Translations under genes and position numbers: made by a program
Source: Bdellovibrionales bacterium
GTDB lineage: Bacteria; Bdellovibrionota; Bdellovibrionia; Bdellovibrionales; UBA1609
Assembly: GCA_965261545.1 (NCBI GenBank)
Contig: CBDHDF010000006.1
Location: forward strand, 192,001 to 256,000
Reading direction: 5' to 3'
DNA length: 64,000 nt
Notes under the pieces: model-generated
Seen by the model: only the letters and a program-made list of their open reading frames with translations
What the model was told of the DNA's origin: nothing
The model's database searches: none
Shown: positions 31,420-41,807 of the stretch, in pieces
Layout of the letters: each line of letters begins with the position of its first letter
Position numbering within the stretch: the stretch's first letter is position 1

Positions 31420-32457
31420 ATGAAAAAATCTCTCCCTCCCCTTTGCTTAACCCTTGATAACGCTTTTAAAGCATTTTTTAAGCACGACCAGGGCTTACTC
31501 AAGCCTTTGTTGCAGGATTTTCTTCCCTTGCCACCCGGTTGTCGGGTGGAGCATGTGCAGTTGTTAGATGCCGAAGAAAACTCTTCAGAGGCAAGCAAAC
31601 CTTCGGGAAAGACCTTCATCTTGGACATGAAGCTTCGCATTTCTCGACAATTGTCCAGTGGGGAGTGGGTCGAAAATGAAACTGTGAATGTGGAAATGCA
31701 AACCGTCTCCCAAAGAGACTTCACAAATCGCCTTCTTGCCTATGCGGGACGGGTCTACTCCAACCAAGTGAAAGAAGGAGAAAAATACGAGAAATTAAAA
31801 ACTGTTTACTCCCTTGTTTTCAGTACTGTGGATCTTCCTGAGCTATGCAAGGACAACGATTATTACCACACATGCAGCATGAGGCAGGATAGATACCCTC
31901 ATTTGAGACTCACCGATGGTATGCAATTTGTCATTGTAGAATTGAACAAGTTCATTGGCAGATTAGACAGTCTTGTTGACCAGCGTGAAGCGTGGTGCTA
32001 TTTCTTAAAGAGATCGGATGAGTTGGATCAACAAACCAGCCAAGAGCTAGCCAAAAAAGGAAGGGACATGGGAAGAGCCGTCAAAAATTTGTGGAATTTG
32101 TCTCAAGACGAGCTCATGCGAGAGCGACTTGAAGCTGAAGATAAGCAGCGTCGAGATCGTTTATCACAGATCGACACAGCCCATGAAGAGGGGCTTGAAA
32201 GAGGGCGTGAAGAAGGGCGCGAAGAAGGGCGTGAAGAAGGGCGTGAAGAAGGGCGTGAAAGAGGGCGCGAAGAAGGGCTTGAAAGAGGGCGCGAAGAAGG
32301 GCTTGAAAGAGGGCGTGAAGAAGGGCTTGAAAGAGGGCGAAGGGAAGAGAGAGAGGCCATTGCTTTAAAGATGGTTTTAAAAGGACAGGAGGCTTTGGAG
32401 ATATCCGAAGCAATAGGGCTTTCTGAAGACGAAATCAAGGCTCTCCAAAAAAAGTAA
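31420..32457 (+). CDS. Rpn/PD-(D/E)XK nuclease family (recombination-promoting nuclease / putative transposase)
   Basis: DNAFKAFF, ILDM, NVEMQ, RLLAY, VELNKF; C-terminal EEGR repeats and HTH-like tail. Confidence 0.85.
   Translation: MKKSLPPLCLTLDNAFKAFFKHDQGLLKPLLQDFLPLPPGCRVEHVQLLDAEENSSEASKPSGKTFILDMKLRISRQLSSGEWVENETVNVEMQTVSQRDFTNRLLAYAGRVYSNQVKEGEKYEKLKTVYSLVFSTVDLPELCKDNDYYHTCSMRQDRYPHLRLTDGMQFVIVELNKFIGRLDSLVDQREAWCYFLKRSDELDQQTSQELAKKGRDMGRAVKNLWNLSQDELMRERLEAEDKQRRDRLSQIDTAHEEGLERGREEGREEGREEGREEGRERGREEGLERGREEGLERGREEGLERGRREEREAIALKMVLKGQEALEISEAIGLSEDEIKALQKK
32185..32342 (+). repeat. 12-bp tandem repeat array (GAAGAAGGGCGY / GAAAGAGGGCGY / GAAGAAGGGCTT variants) encoding EEGR/ERGR/EEGL
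   Basis: Directly visible, about 13 units. Confidence 0.9.
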
Positions 32458-32779
32458 AAATTTCAACAAACCTGCTAAATTTGATGATAGATTTGATGAT
32501 AGTAGGTTTTCGTCTCATCACGATGATTTTTTATACAGCAAGTCTCACAATGAATAGTCGAGGAGCTAAAGGGGCCTGTGCCATCAATGCTGAGAAGATA
32601 TTTTCCACCCAGATATAGATGAAGGTCTTGTCAAAGAAAAAAAACTCGGCCAGAATGAAAACTCAGAAAAGCTATAAAACCATTGTCGTAAAAGAAAAAT
32701 GTAGTAAAGCACTGCAACAAAATGGTTTTGCAGTCTTTTATGCAGTTTATACAAAATAATTCACCTTGAGGGGGTAGGC

Positions 32780-34072
32780 GTGCCAGGAATTATCGTTGTG
32801 GGTTCCCAATGGGGCGATGAGGGAAAGGGAAAGGTCGTCGATGTTTTTTCAGCTCAAGCCGACTATGTCATTCGCTATCAAGGGGGAGCCAATGCAGGGC
32901 ACACTCTGACTGTGAATGGCCACCAAACAGTGCTCCACTTGGTCCCCTCAGGGGTTCTCCATAGTAGCACCGTATGTATGATTGGCAGTGGAGTGGTACT
33001 TGATGTGGAAACTTTGGCAGAGGAAATTCGTGCTTTAAAAGCCAATGACCTCCTCAAAGACCCACAGCAGCTTCGTATCTCAGACTCAGCAACAGTTCTA
33101 TTGAGTCATCACCGTCGTCTCGACCAGGCCCGAGAGGCTGCCGCAAGCCACGAAAAAATTGGAACAACGGGTAAAGGTATTGGTCCAGCCTATGAAGAAA
33201 GAGCCTCACGGAAAGCCATCTTATTTGGGGACCTATTTCACAGAAAAACTCTCAAAGTCAAACTTGAGGCATCATTAAAAGAAAAGAATTTCTTGCTCAA
33301 AAATATGTATCACCAAGAAGCTGTCGTTTTGGAAGACATCCTCGATGTAGCCAAAAAAGCTGCTGAAGAACTTGCCCCCTACCGATGTAAAGACACCTCC
33401 CTCCTCATTCATAAGGCCCTTTGCTCTCAAAAAAAGGTTTTATTTGAAGGAGCCCAAGGCACCCTTTTAGACCTTCTTCATGGAACCTATCCCTTTGTAA
33501 CCAGTTCCTCCACCCTATCGGGTTCAGCCTGCATTGGTGCAGGTGTGGGGCCAAGGGCCATTGATAAAGTCATTGGAATCACCAAAGCCTATACGACTCG
33601 GGTGGGCTCAGGGCCCTTTCCCACAGAGTTAACGAACAAGGTGGGTGAGTATTTAAGCCACAAAGGACATGAACTCGGAGCCACGACAGGGCGAAAAAGA
33701 CGCTGTGGTTGGCTTGATCTGGTGGCCCTAAAGTATGCCATTCGCATTAATGGGATTACAAGCATCGCTCTTATGAAAGTTGATGTTCTCAGTGGTCTTG
33801 AGGAGATCCTCGTGGGAACTTCCTATAAACTTGGCGACAAAGTGATCACTGAGTACCCCGTATCTCCTGGTGTGTTGTCACAAGTCGAACCCATTTATCA
33901 ATCTTTTAAAGGCTGGAGTGAGGAAATTGGACATATAACAACATTGGAAAATTTACCTCAATGTGCACAAGAATACATTAGCTTTCTTGAACATGAGTTG
34001 GAAATTCCCATTGATGTGGTTTCTGTGGGCCCTGGACGAGATCAAACCCTGTGGTTAAAACCACTTTTTTAA
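32780..34072 (+). CDS. purA: Adenylosuccinate synthetase
   Basis: QWGDEGKGK, GGANAGHT, EGAQG, TTGRKRRCGWLD. Confidence 0.97.
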   Translation: MPGIIVVGSQWGDEGKGKVVDVFSAQADYVIRYQGGANAGHTLTVNGHQTVLHLVPSGVLHSSTVCMIGSGVVLDVETLAEEIRALKANDLLKDPQQLRISDSATVLLSHHRRLDQAREAAASHEKIGTTGKGIGPAYEERASRKAILFGDLFHRKTLKVKLEASLKEKNFLLKNMYHQEAVVLEDILDVAKKAAEELAPYRCKDTSLLIHKALCSQKKVLFEGAQGTLLDLLHGTYPFVTSSSTLSGSACIGAGVGPRAIDKVIGITKAYTTRVGSGPFPTELTNKVGEYLSHKGHELGATTGRKRRCGWLDLVALKYAIRINGITSIALMKVDVLSGLEEILVGTSYKLGDKVITEYPVSPGVLSQVEPIYQSFKGWSEEIGHITTLENLPQCAQEYISFLEHELEIPIDVVSVGPGRDQTLWLKPLF

Positions 34073-34173
34073 TGAGCTAGCCCCATTTCTCACAAATTAT
34101 AAAAAATAAAAAAAGACGTGATTTTCTAAGGTTTCCTCAATAAAATTAATGTAACTGCTCGCACTTTTTCACC

Positions 34174-35067
34174 TTAGTACCCATGATATATTCTCTGAAA
34201 TAGGTCTACAAATTGGAGGGGGCCCAACTCCTCAGCCCTCACTTGAGGAGAAAATCCCATTTCTTCTAAAATCCTCACTAAATCTAATCTCGTAACTGGA
34301 TCTAGTCTCGTAGAGGTTCCCAGAAGTAACAGTTTTTTAAGTAAGAACTTTCTTCTCTGGGCAAAACAATGTTTGACAAAGCAAGCAAACTCCCATGAAA
34401 GAACAAAGGGTAATTTTCGCCGTTGAAAAATGAGAACTTGACTGGAAATATGGGGCACCGGATAAAAACAAGAAGGGGAAACATCCACCACCTTGCGAGT
34501 CTCCCAAAAAGACTGGGCTATCACTGTCAAAACTCCATAGTCCTTCGTCCTCGGTGGCGTCGAGATTCGCTGAGCAACTTCCTTTTGAAACATGAGAACC
34601 ATGTTTGAAATAAAAGGTGATGAAAAAGACAGGTCAATGACAAGACGAGAAGATATCTGATAGGGCAAATTACTCACCACAGTCAAGTTTTTCAGGGAAC
34701 CCAGTTTGTTCCAACTGTACTTGAGTGCATCGGCTTCGATGACTTTCTGTCCACGGGATCTCCAATACTCAGCAAGCTTTCTATCCAACTCAATGAGTGT
34801 CAAAGAGCCTCCCCTCTTTTGAGAAATATCACTGAGAAGCTCCGTCAAAGCCCCTAGGCCCGGACCAATTTCTAAAAAATGAGGACTTTCTGTGTGGCCC
34901 ACCTGTTGAATAATCTTTGAAATGATATTTGAATCAATGAGAAAATTTTGCCCCATGGATTTCTTTGGTATGATACCCAAGGCTTTCATAAGGTCTTTCA
35001 CTTTCTTCTGACTATGCCTTGTTGAAGGAGCCTTATTTGAGAGAGATTTTTCTGGAGAAGATTTCAT
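34174..35067 (-). CDS. rsmA: 16S rRNA adenine dimethyltransferase
   Basis: KKSMGQNFL, LEIGPGLGALT, SNLPYQIS, MFQKEVA. Confidence 0.95.
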   Translation of the reverse strand: MKSSPEKSLSNKAPSTRHSQKKVKDLMKALGIIPKKSMGQNFLIDSNIISKIIQQVGHTESPHFLEIGPGLGALTELLSDISQKRGGSLTLIELDRKLAEYWRSRGQKVIEADALKYSWNKLGSLKNLTVVSNLPYQISSRLVIDLSFSSPFISNMVLMFQKEVAQRISTPPRTKDYGVLTVIAQSFWETRKVVDVSPSCFYPVPHISSQVLIFQRRKLPFVLSWEFACFVKHCFAQRRKFLLKKLLLLGTSTRLDPVTRLDLVRILEEMGFSPQVRAEELGPLQFVDLFQRIYHGY

Positions 35068-35708
35068 TGGAGAGGAATCAGGTAACGGGTTCTAATTTTT
35101 CCATGACCCTGGGCCTCGTAAATTTCAAAAACATTTGTTTGAGTTTTGAGACGCTTTTTCTGCACAAAATCCTTGATTTTTGGATAAACAAAAAAAGGCC
35201 CAATGGAGGGAGAACCTGAAAACTGAGCCTCAATATAGGCTCCCCCAGGTACTTGACGATGGAAAAAACCCTCGGGAAGAGCGGAAAGAATGGGGGGCAG
35301 ATTCGAAGAATGAGGAGGTAGGTTGGAAGAGCTGGAAGAGACAGAAGGGCTGGAGAGAAGGGCTTGAAAAGAATGTCCCCCTCCCCCTGATTCCCCTCCT
35401 GCAATAAAACACCCCCCATGGCTTCTTAATCGCTCATGGGGAACTTCCTCGGGATCATCAAGAAACTCTCCAAAGGCGTGGGTACAGGGAAAGTTCTGCA
35501 TTTGAGCCCATTTTTCCACAGTCTGAATCACATGGTTGATTTCATGATAAGGACCAATGTGAGTTTTATAAATAATATGAAAAGAAGACTCCTCCACCAA
35601 GAGCACTTGAACGCCTTTAAAAGCTCCCAAATAAATATACAAATATCCACTAAGAAGTAAAAAGCCGAGAAACAAGCTACCTATAAAAAGAGTAAACCAT
35701 TTTCGCAC
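35064..35708 (-). CDS. GyrI-like domain protein with N-terminal membrane anchor
   Basis: HIGPYHEI, FLDDP..VP..LRS.G, VYPK, FEIYE. Confidence 0.65.
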   Translation of the reverse strand: MRKWFTLFIGSLFLGFLLLSGYLYIYLGAFKGVQVLLVEESSFHIIYKTHIGPYHEINHVIQTVEKWAQMQNFPCTHAFGEFLDDPEEVPHERLRSHGGCFIAGGESGGGGHSFQALLSSPSVSSSSSNLPPHSSNLPPILSALPEGFFHRQVPGGAYIEAQFSGSPSIGPFFVYPKIKDFVQKKRLKTQTNVFEIYEAQGHGKIRTRYLIPLQ

Positions 35709-35781
35709 TTGAGTGATTCCTTCATGTCACGACTCACTCCCTCTTTCCCATTCCATTCAATCAACCGACCACACCTTTATT

Positions 35782-38700
35782 TTACCACTTGAGCGAAAGA
35801 TCAAGCTTAGCACCATACTCCGTGTCTTCACCATTGCGATCACTTTGGATAACCTTAAAATCAAGATCAACTCTCTCATCCTGTTTTGGTGTCAAACGCC
35901 ATCCTAGAGCGACATCATTGGTATCTTCAGTGAATCCAAGGTTGGCATAGGGTGTGCCAATAAAGAAGCTACCTACATCAAAACCCCAGCCGGCCTCCAT
36001 AGTTGTTCGTTGGCCCATATGCATGCCCCCCCTATTTGCAATGGGATCGGTGGCAAACATGGAATCAAGTCCTCCTTTTGCTCCACCATAATCCTGACGA
36101 AGCATCAGCGAGGGGCCCTCCTTGGAATCCATATCCGAACTCCAGGCAAAGGATGCCGAAAGCCCATGATCCTTGAAATTTTCGTCATCATGGGTCACAA
36201 GCCCACGGCCTGAAACATCCAAGGTGACCCCATACGAGGGATCGTGCCAAGCAAGGCCACCACCGACCTCAAGACCAACACCTGTCTCGGCGCCACCATC
36301 ATGACGAAACCCAAGTTCCAAGGATGGCGTCACCGTGCCACCATTGCCATCAGTATCATCACCACCCTTCTTGAGATGGTGCATCCAAGCACCTTCGAGA
36401 CCTACCCGCAGACGGGTTACGTCCGCGGAGGAAGCCATCATCCCAGTCACCTTATCCGAGGAGGTACTTACCATCATGGCATCTGACTTCAGGGCCAAAG
36501 AGAATCCACCCTCAGGTGGTGCCTCCAAAATTTCTCCACGAAGACCTGTTCCCACCATCCACATGTCAATGTCTGTGTCTATATTGCGACTATTCTTCGG
36601 CTTGAGAGTTAACTCACCCAAGCCATAGCCCACAGTCCCCCATAGGGTCCATCTATCATTCACCTCGTAACGACCCCAAGGATAGAAACTAGTCAAGGAT
36701 CCATCAACCTCACCACCAGCAGCTTCCATGCCTGTGGAACCACGACGACGATATGTCCCCGAACCAAAGCTCTGGGAAAGAATCAAACCTACACCCCAAC
36801 GGTCCTTGGCATAATCAACTCCGATCAACCCACTGGCCACCTTACCGTCATCCAGCATGACATCTTCTTCCATACCTTCAAAAGAACTCAATGCACCACG
36901 GCTCCAAAATGTCACAAAGCCACCATCATTTGTCTCCCCTCCCAGTGTAAAAGAGCTTCCCATGAAAACATCCAACCCTGTCATTGACCGTGATTCGAGA
37001 CTGCCCTCTCTACCCATATCCATTCCATGGAGCCAGTGAGAAGAAGCATGAAGAGGCATCCTCTCTGCACCATCCATGCCCTGTGCTGATGATTCTCCCG
37101 TAACTGGGGCTATAGCATAGTCAGCAATCTTACCATCAAAACCTAGCTTCTGTGGTGCACTCATCCGGTCTTGCACAGTGTCCAAAACCTGATCCACGAC
37201 CGTACGTCCGAAGCGTCCAAGCCAGGCCTTGGGCATAACATCCGTGTTGTTAATGGTCCCAGTAGCCACTCCATCGCCTATGCGTGCTCCCGAAGCATTG
37301 GAGAGTGTCAGTGTCAGTGTCTCCGAACCCTCATCGTGGGCATCGTCAAGGACGGACACGCTCACCGTCTTCGTTTGTTCACCTGCAGCAAAGGTCAAGG
37401 TGCCATTGGCCGACGCGTAATCCGATCCCGCCGTGGCGGTTCCATCTGACGTAGCCCAATTCACCGTCACCGTGGATGAAGTGGTGCGAGAGAGTCTCAC
37501 AACAAAATCCAGCGTTGCACCCACCGCTTCCTTAACCGTCACATCGGCAACGCTCAGGGAGGATGGTCCGAGTACAACTGCGGCCAGCGCACTGGAGAGC
37601 TTCCGGCCATCACCCGTGCACACCGCACCCGAAGCCCCACAATTCGCCGTGGATGGTAGACTCACCCTTACGTCCCTATGACTTGTCGGCTCAACTTTAA
37701 TCAACCAGCTCTGATTGCTCCCCTGGGACAATCTCCGAGCTCCATTGACACGACCTTGACTCACCCTAAAGGCGTGGTCACGAAGCACTTTGTAACTCAA
37801 GCCAGGCATATTCTCGCTAAAGTGTAATTCAAGAGTGAATACATCTGACCCATTGTGCTCAGTTGGAACTTGACGAAAGGCCGCTGTCAGTGGGGTCGGT
37901 GGTGGAGGTGTGGGGGGGTGTGGAGGCGTGGACTTTGCTGGCTGGGATTGTGCAGGTGTGGCAGGGCCACGCACTATCCTAAGAACTCCTGAAGAGAGAG
38001 GTCGATCTCCAATGCAAATGGCACCTAAATCTGTACAATTCGTGGTGGGAGACAGCGTAATTTCAACGGGCTGTTGGCTGCTAGGCTGAACAGTGACTCC
38101 CCAATTCTGGTTGCTCCCCGGTGCGAGGCGGCGCACTCCAGTGATCCGACCCTGTTTTACCGTAAATACAGAATCTCGAAGAACTTTGTAACTCAAACCG
38201 GGAATATCTTCGCTAAAAATCAAATCGAAAGTAAAGGCCGACCCATTGTGCTCAGTTGGAGCTTGATGAAAGGTCGCTGTCAGCAGGGGCGCCGTTTGCT
38301 GGGGCTGGGATTGTGTGGGGCCAGGCACTATTATGGTAACTGCTGAAGAAAGAGGGCGATCTCCAATGCAAATGGCACCTGAATCTGTACAACTCGTGGT
38401 GGAAGGCAGCGTAACTTCAACGGACTGTTGGCTGCTAGGCTGAACAGTGACTCTCCAGTTCTGGTTGGCCCCCGGTTCGACTCGGTTCGCTTGAGCGATC
38501 TGATTCACTCCAGTGATCCGACCCCGTGTTACCGTAAATACAGAATCTCGAAGAATTTGGGAACTCAGGCTGGCAATATTCTCGCTGAAAATTAAATCGA
38601 AAGTAAACGCCGACGATCCGTCATGGGCATTCACTGAAATATTTCTCGTATAAGCGGACAAAAGGATGTCTCCTTCTGGAGATTTATGTCGAGTTTGGCT

Positions 38701-41295
38701 GTCTGCTGGCAAGATGGCAATAGGCACTTCATTTTCCAGCTCCTCTTGATAGCCATTGTTGTCGATGAAGCTTACTTTCACTTTTAACTTCTTACCCAAG
38801 TCTGCATCGACCAGCGTATAGGTCCGCAAAGTTGCGTTTGCAATCACTGCTTCGTTGGATCCATCCACACGAATCCACTGGTAGCTAAAAGAAACACCTC
38901 TCAAGCCATTGGCATCATTAATAAAGTCAGTTTCTACTGTGAGCACCTCGCCAACATACAAAGGCCCTGTAATTCTTGGTGCCCCTGTGGCCCTTCTTTG
39001 GTGAGGACGAGTCCTCACCAACTCTGTGTTTGTACTTTTTTGTTCCTCTTGATAGCCGTTGTTGTCGCTGAAGCTCACTTTCACTTTCAACTTCTTACCC
39101 AAGTCTGCATCGACCAACCTATAGGTTCTTGAAGTTGCACTTGGAATCGCCATTTCGTTGGATCGATCCACACGAATCCACTGGTAGCTAAAAGAAACAC
39201 CCCTCAAGCCGTTGGCATCACGAATACCTGAAGTGTTCGCTGTGAGTTCTTCAGTCACTGCGGCTGTACCCTCAATTGTTAGTGCACCCGTCGATCTGCT
39301 TTGAAGAGGAGGGGGCTTCACCAAGACACCTAAGTTTTTTCGTACCTCCCTGTTGCCTCCGTTATCTATGAAAACCACAAGCACATACAAGAATTGATCA
39401 ACATCCGCCGCTGTGGGCACATAAGACTTCCCACGAGCTATGCGCTTTCTACTTGTCCCTCTGATATTTGTGCGATACCAAAAATATTGCCATTGAACAT
39501 TTTCCACTCCATCACGGTCACGGATCGAACCAATGCTCGCAGTCAATGTGGAACCCACCTCCGGGCGGCCTTCAATCACAGGTAGCCCCGTGGACCGGGT
39601 GTTCGCCCTGGGGGTGGCAGTGACACTGGCAATGGCGCCTGCGCTGTATGTTCCGCTTATTCCGCTCTCAGTAAACAAACTCATGTCGGACCCCTCGTTG
39701 GTCGCGTTCAACTCAAATGTATAGGATTGACCATTTGTCAGCCCAAACACGAGCCGCCTTGAATATGGTGCACTCCTGGCGAAGTGCAGTTCTCCATCGT
39801 ATTTAAAGTAGTATGCTTTAATGGGGAGACCACCATCATTTGTTGGTGGATCCCAGGTGAGAACAACTTGACCATTCCCAGGGATGGCCCTTAGATTTCG
39901 TGGAGCAGATGGATCTGACACAGCCTTAAGACCCCAAAGTTGTGTATACGTTTTTCCGCCCTCTGTGTACTTCGCCTCAAATGTCTTGCCCTCATGGCTA
40001 TCCTTAATCTTAATCTTACGAGTGGTGGTTTCGCTTTTCCTGGTTCCATTTTTATCTATCGAGTACCACTCAAAGGACTGCGTCCAACTGTCAGGACTAA
40101 GCACGACCATGTCCAAGGTTGCACCCTTTGGTGTGTGATTGGGAAGACACTTTGTGCAATCAATGAACATATGGCCTCTAGGGGGGGAGGTGGAGGAAGT
40201 ACTCACTTGTGACCAAGGTAGAGTCGCCCCACTCTCCCCCATAGGTCCCATCCCTCCCTCTTCTTGGCTGGCCCATTGGTCCAAAAGACCAAATAGAGAA
40301 TCACCCCCTCCTTCTTCCTCAGAGTCAGAAGAAGCAAGCATAAAAAAACGGAGTGCCGAAGAATCTAGTTCAGGAAAGAGTTTTCGAAGATCTGTTTGGG
40401 AAAATCCATGGAGATGTTTTTGAACCCCAGTTTCACCCCAAACATGAAGAGATTTACGGTCAGTTGAAATGAAGTCAGGAGAAATGAGATCAGTTGAAAT
40501 GAGGTCAGGGGAAAGTACCTCATCGCCTTGAAAGTCCAAGTCTTGGCGGCCTTGATCGCCCCAAGAGCTTCGATGATTTTTAAAAATCACTAAGACGTTA
40601 TCGACTTTTTGGATTCGTCCCTCCTTGCCGGTGATCATAAGACCCTTATCAAACAACTCTATGGAGTTCTTCCAAGTCTCTGCACCCATAGAAGCTCGGT
40701 CCACTTCATGGACCACAAGAATACCTCCTTGCTTCCCTTGGGTAGGGGTTTTCACCTCTTTAAGCCACTGGATAAGACGCTCTGAATTTTGATCACTGGA
40801 TACCATGGATGCTGCGGCCTTCGGTCCCCCAAGTATCATGGGTGGCGTGGCCCGGAGGGGCGTGGTTCCCGCCGATGTCATGGGTGCGACTTCTAAAGCC
40901 ACTACGAGGTTAGCTACTTTGTGGTCCGCCACTTCGTGGTCAACCACTTCGTGGGAAGACCCATGGTCTGAAGTGGTCGAAGACGATGTCATTAAAAAGT
41001 CAAGCGAATGGACTTCGATCTCTAAAACAGCCTTGGGATTATCAAAAACAGCTCCTGCAATGGCATGGGCAAGGGAGACTTGAGTCTGTCCCTTTGGACT
41101 CGAACTCATATCCATACCCATATTTTGATTCTTCGACAGATTCTTCGGCCACGCCTCTTGAATTCCGCCTATCGGGGTCCCGTAAATACCCCCCAGGAAA
41201 CATCCTATAGCAACAACCATTGCTTTTAATATTTCCATAGCTTTCATAGCCCTTATCATTAACACAATGCGTGTAATCTTTATAATGTGAGTCAT
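35782..41295 (-). CDS. Large autotransporter-like surface protein: degenerate ClpB-D2-like N-terminus, FN3, Ig-like repeats, Calx-beta, C-terminal beta-barrel
   Basis: PSAPRNL..GNGQVVLTW (FN3); TVNWATSDGTATAGSDY (Calx-beta); AWLGRFGRT linker; amphipathic strands ending LSLKW. Confidence 0.8.
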   Translation of the reverse strand: MTHIIKITRIVLMIRAMKAMEILKAMVVAIGCFLGGIYGTPIGGIQEAWPKNLSKNQNMGMDMSSSPKGQTQVSLAHAIAGAVFDNPKAVLEIEVHSLDFLMTSSSTTSDHGSSHEVVDHEVADHKVANLVVALEVAPMTSAGTTPLRATPPMILGGPKAAASMVSSDQNSERLIQWLKEVKTPTQGKQGGILVVHEVDRASMGAETWKNSIELFDKGLMITGKEGRIQKVDNVLVIFKNHRSSWGDQGRQDLDFQGDEVLSPDLISTDLISPDFISTDRKSLHVWGETGVQKHLHGFSQTDLRKLFPELDSSALRFFMLASSDSEEEGGGDSLFGLLDQWASQEEGGMGPMGESGATLPWSQVSTSSTSPPRGHMFIDCTKCLPNHTPKGATLDMVVLSPDSWTQSFEWYSIDKNGTRKSETTTRKIKIKDSHEGKTFEAKYTEGGKTYTQLWGLKAVSDPSAPRNLRAIPGNGQVVLTWDPPTNDGGLPIKAYYFKYDGELHFARSAPYSRRLVFGLTNGQSYTFELNATNEGSDMSLFTESGISGTYSAGAIASVTATPRANTRSTGLPVIEGRPEVGSTLTASIGSIRDRDGVENVQWQYFWYRTNIRGTSRKRIARGKSYVPTAADVDQFLYVLVVFIDNGGNREVRKNLGVLVKPPPLQSRSTGALTIEGTAAVTEELTANTSGIRDANGLRGVSFSYQWIRVDRSNEMAIPSATSRTYRLVDADLGKKLKVKVSFSDNNGYQEEQKSTNTELVRTRPHQRRATGAPRITGPLYVGEVLTVETDFINDANGLRGVSFSYQWIRVDGSNEAVIANATLRTYTLVDADLGKKLKVKVSFIDNNGYQEELENEVPIAILPADSQTRHKSPEGDILLSAYTRNISVNAHDGSSAFTFDLIFSENIASLSSQILRDSVFTVTRGRITGVNQIAQANRVEPGANQNWRVTVQPSSQQSVEVTLPSTTSCTDSGAICIGDRPLSSAVTIIVPGPTQSQPQQTAPLLTATFHQAPTEHNGSAFTFDLIFSEDIPGLSYKVLRDSVFTVKQGRITGVRRLAPGSNQNWGVTVQPSSQQPVEITLSPTTNCTDLGAICIGDRPLSSGVLRIVRGPATPAQSQPAKSTPPHPPTPPPPTPLTAAFRQVPTEHNGSDVFTLELHFSENMPGLSYKVLRDHAFRVSQGRVNGARRLSQGSNQSWLIKVEPTSHRDVRVSLPSTANCGASGAVCTGDGRKLSSALAAVVLGPSSLSVADVTVKEAVGATLDFVVRLSRTTSSTVTVNWATSDGTATAGSDYASANGTLTFAAGEQTKTVSVSVLDDAHDEGSETLTLTLSNASGARIGDGVATGTINNTDVMPKAWLGRFGRTVVDQVLDTVQDRMSAPQKLGFDGKIADYAIAPVTGESSAQGMDGAERMPLHASSHWLHGMDMGREGSLESRSMTGLDVFMGSSFTLGGETNDGGFVTFWSRGALSSFEGMEEDVMLDDGKVASGLIGVDYAKDRWGVGLILSQSFGSGTYRRRGSTGMEAAGGEVDGSLTSFYPWGRYEVNDRWTLWGTVGYGLGELTLKPKNSRNIDTDIDMWMVGTGLRGEILEAPPEGGFSLALKSDAMMVSTSSDKVTGMMASSADVTRLRVGLEGAWMHHLKKGGDDTDGNGGTVTPSLELGFRHDGGAETGVGLEVGGGLAWHDPSYGVTLDVSGRGLVTHDDENFKDHGLSASFAWSSDMDSKEGPSLMLRQDYGGAKGGLDSMFATDPIANRGGMHMGQRTTMEAGWGFDVGSFFIGTPYANLGFTEDTNDVALGWRLTPKQDERVDLDFKVIQSDRNGEDTEYGAKLDLSLKW
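37600..39250 (-). repeat. Intragenic domain repeats: three ~120-aa modules (37600-38640) and two near-identical Ig-like modules (38740-39250)
   Basis: Repeated DNA, e.g. TTCTTACCCAAGTCTGCATCGACCA and TTGGCTGCTAGGCTGAACAGTGACTC each occur twice. Confidence 0.85.
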
Positions 41296-41807
41296 AGTTT
41301 TTGCTCCCTGGCCGTTTTTGTTTTCTCAAAATACCTTAAGAATTTAAATAGGCAAATAGTAGTGAATCATTAAGTAGTTATAGGTATATAGATCGTTAAA
41401 GTGATTTCATACCCTCTCGTTAAGTATGTGCCTATATCACATTCAAGACTTAATGCTAGAAGTTTTAGCCAAAGTAAAAATTTTACTAAAAATAAATTAA
41501 TGATATTTTTGATTGCCACCAGAGCTGTAGGGAAGAACTTTTTTCATTGCAATTTTACAATGTAAAGAACAATGAAAGAAGAAAACTACAATAAAGAGAG
41601 ATTATGGCCACCTGACCCCTTGATCAGTAGAGGCTTAGAGGCTATAAACTAAACACAAGTCGCTTAAAAAGCCTCCACTTTTTTGGGGAACTCCACAGCA
41701 TGATTGGAGTATTGGTTATTGAAGTATTGAATGATTGTGAATTGTTGAGATACTGAATAAAATTGAATAAATAAAGTGCTTTTACACATTTTAAATGGAG
41801 ATTTAAT

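Noticed and set aside
31272..31724. 150-aa minus-strand ORF
   Set aside because: Shadow of the Rpn-like gene
32185..32342. Repeat array as a CRISPR; antisense and alternate-frame ORFs at 32103-32438
   Set aside because: No spacers; these are in-frame coding 12-mers, and the extra ORFs are by-products of stop-free repeats
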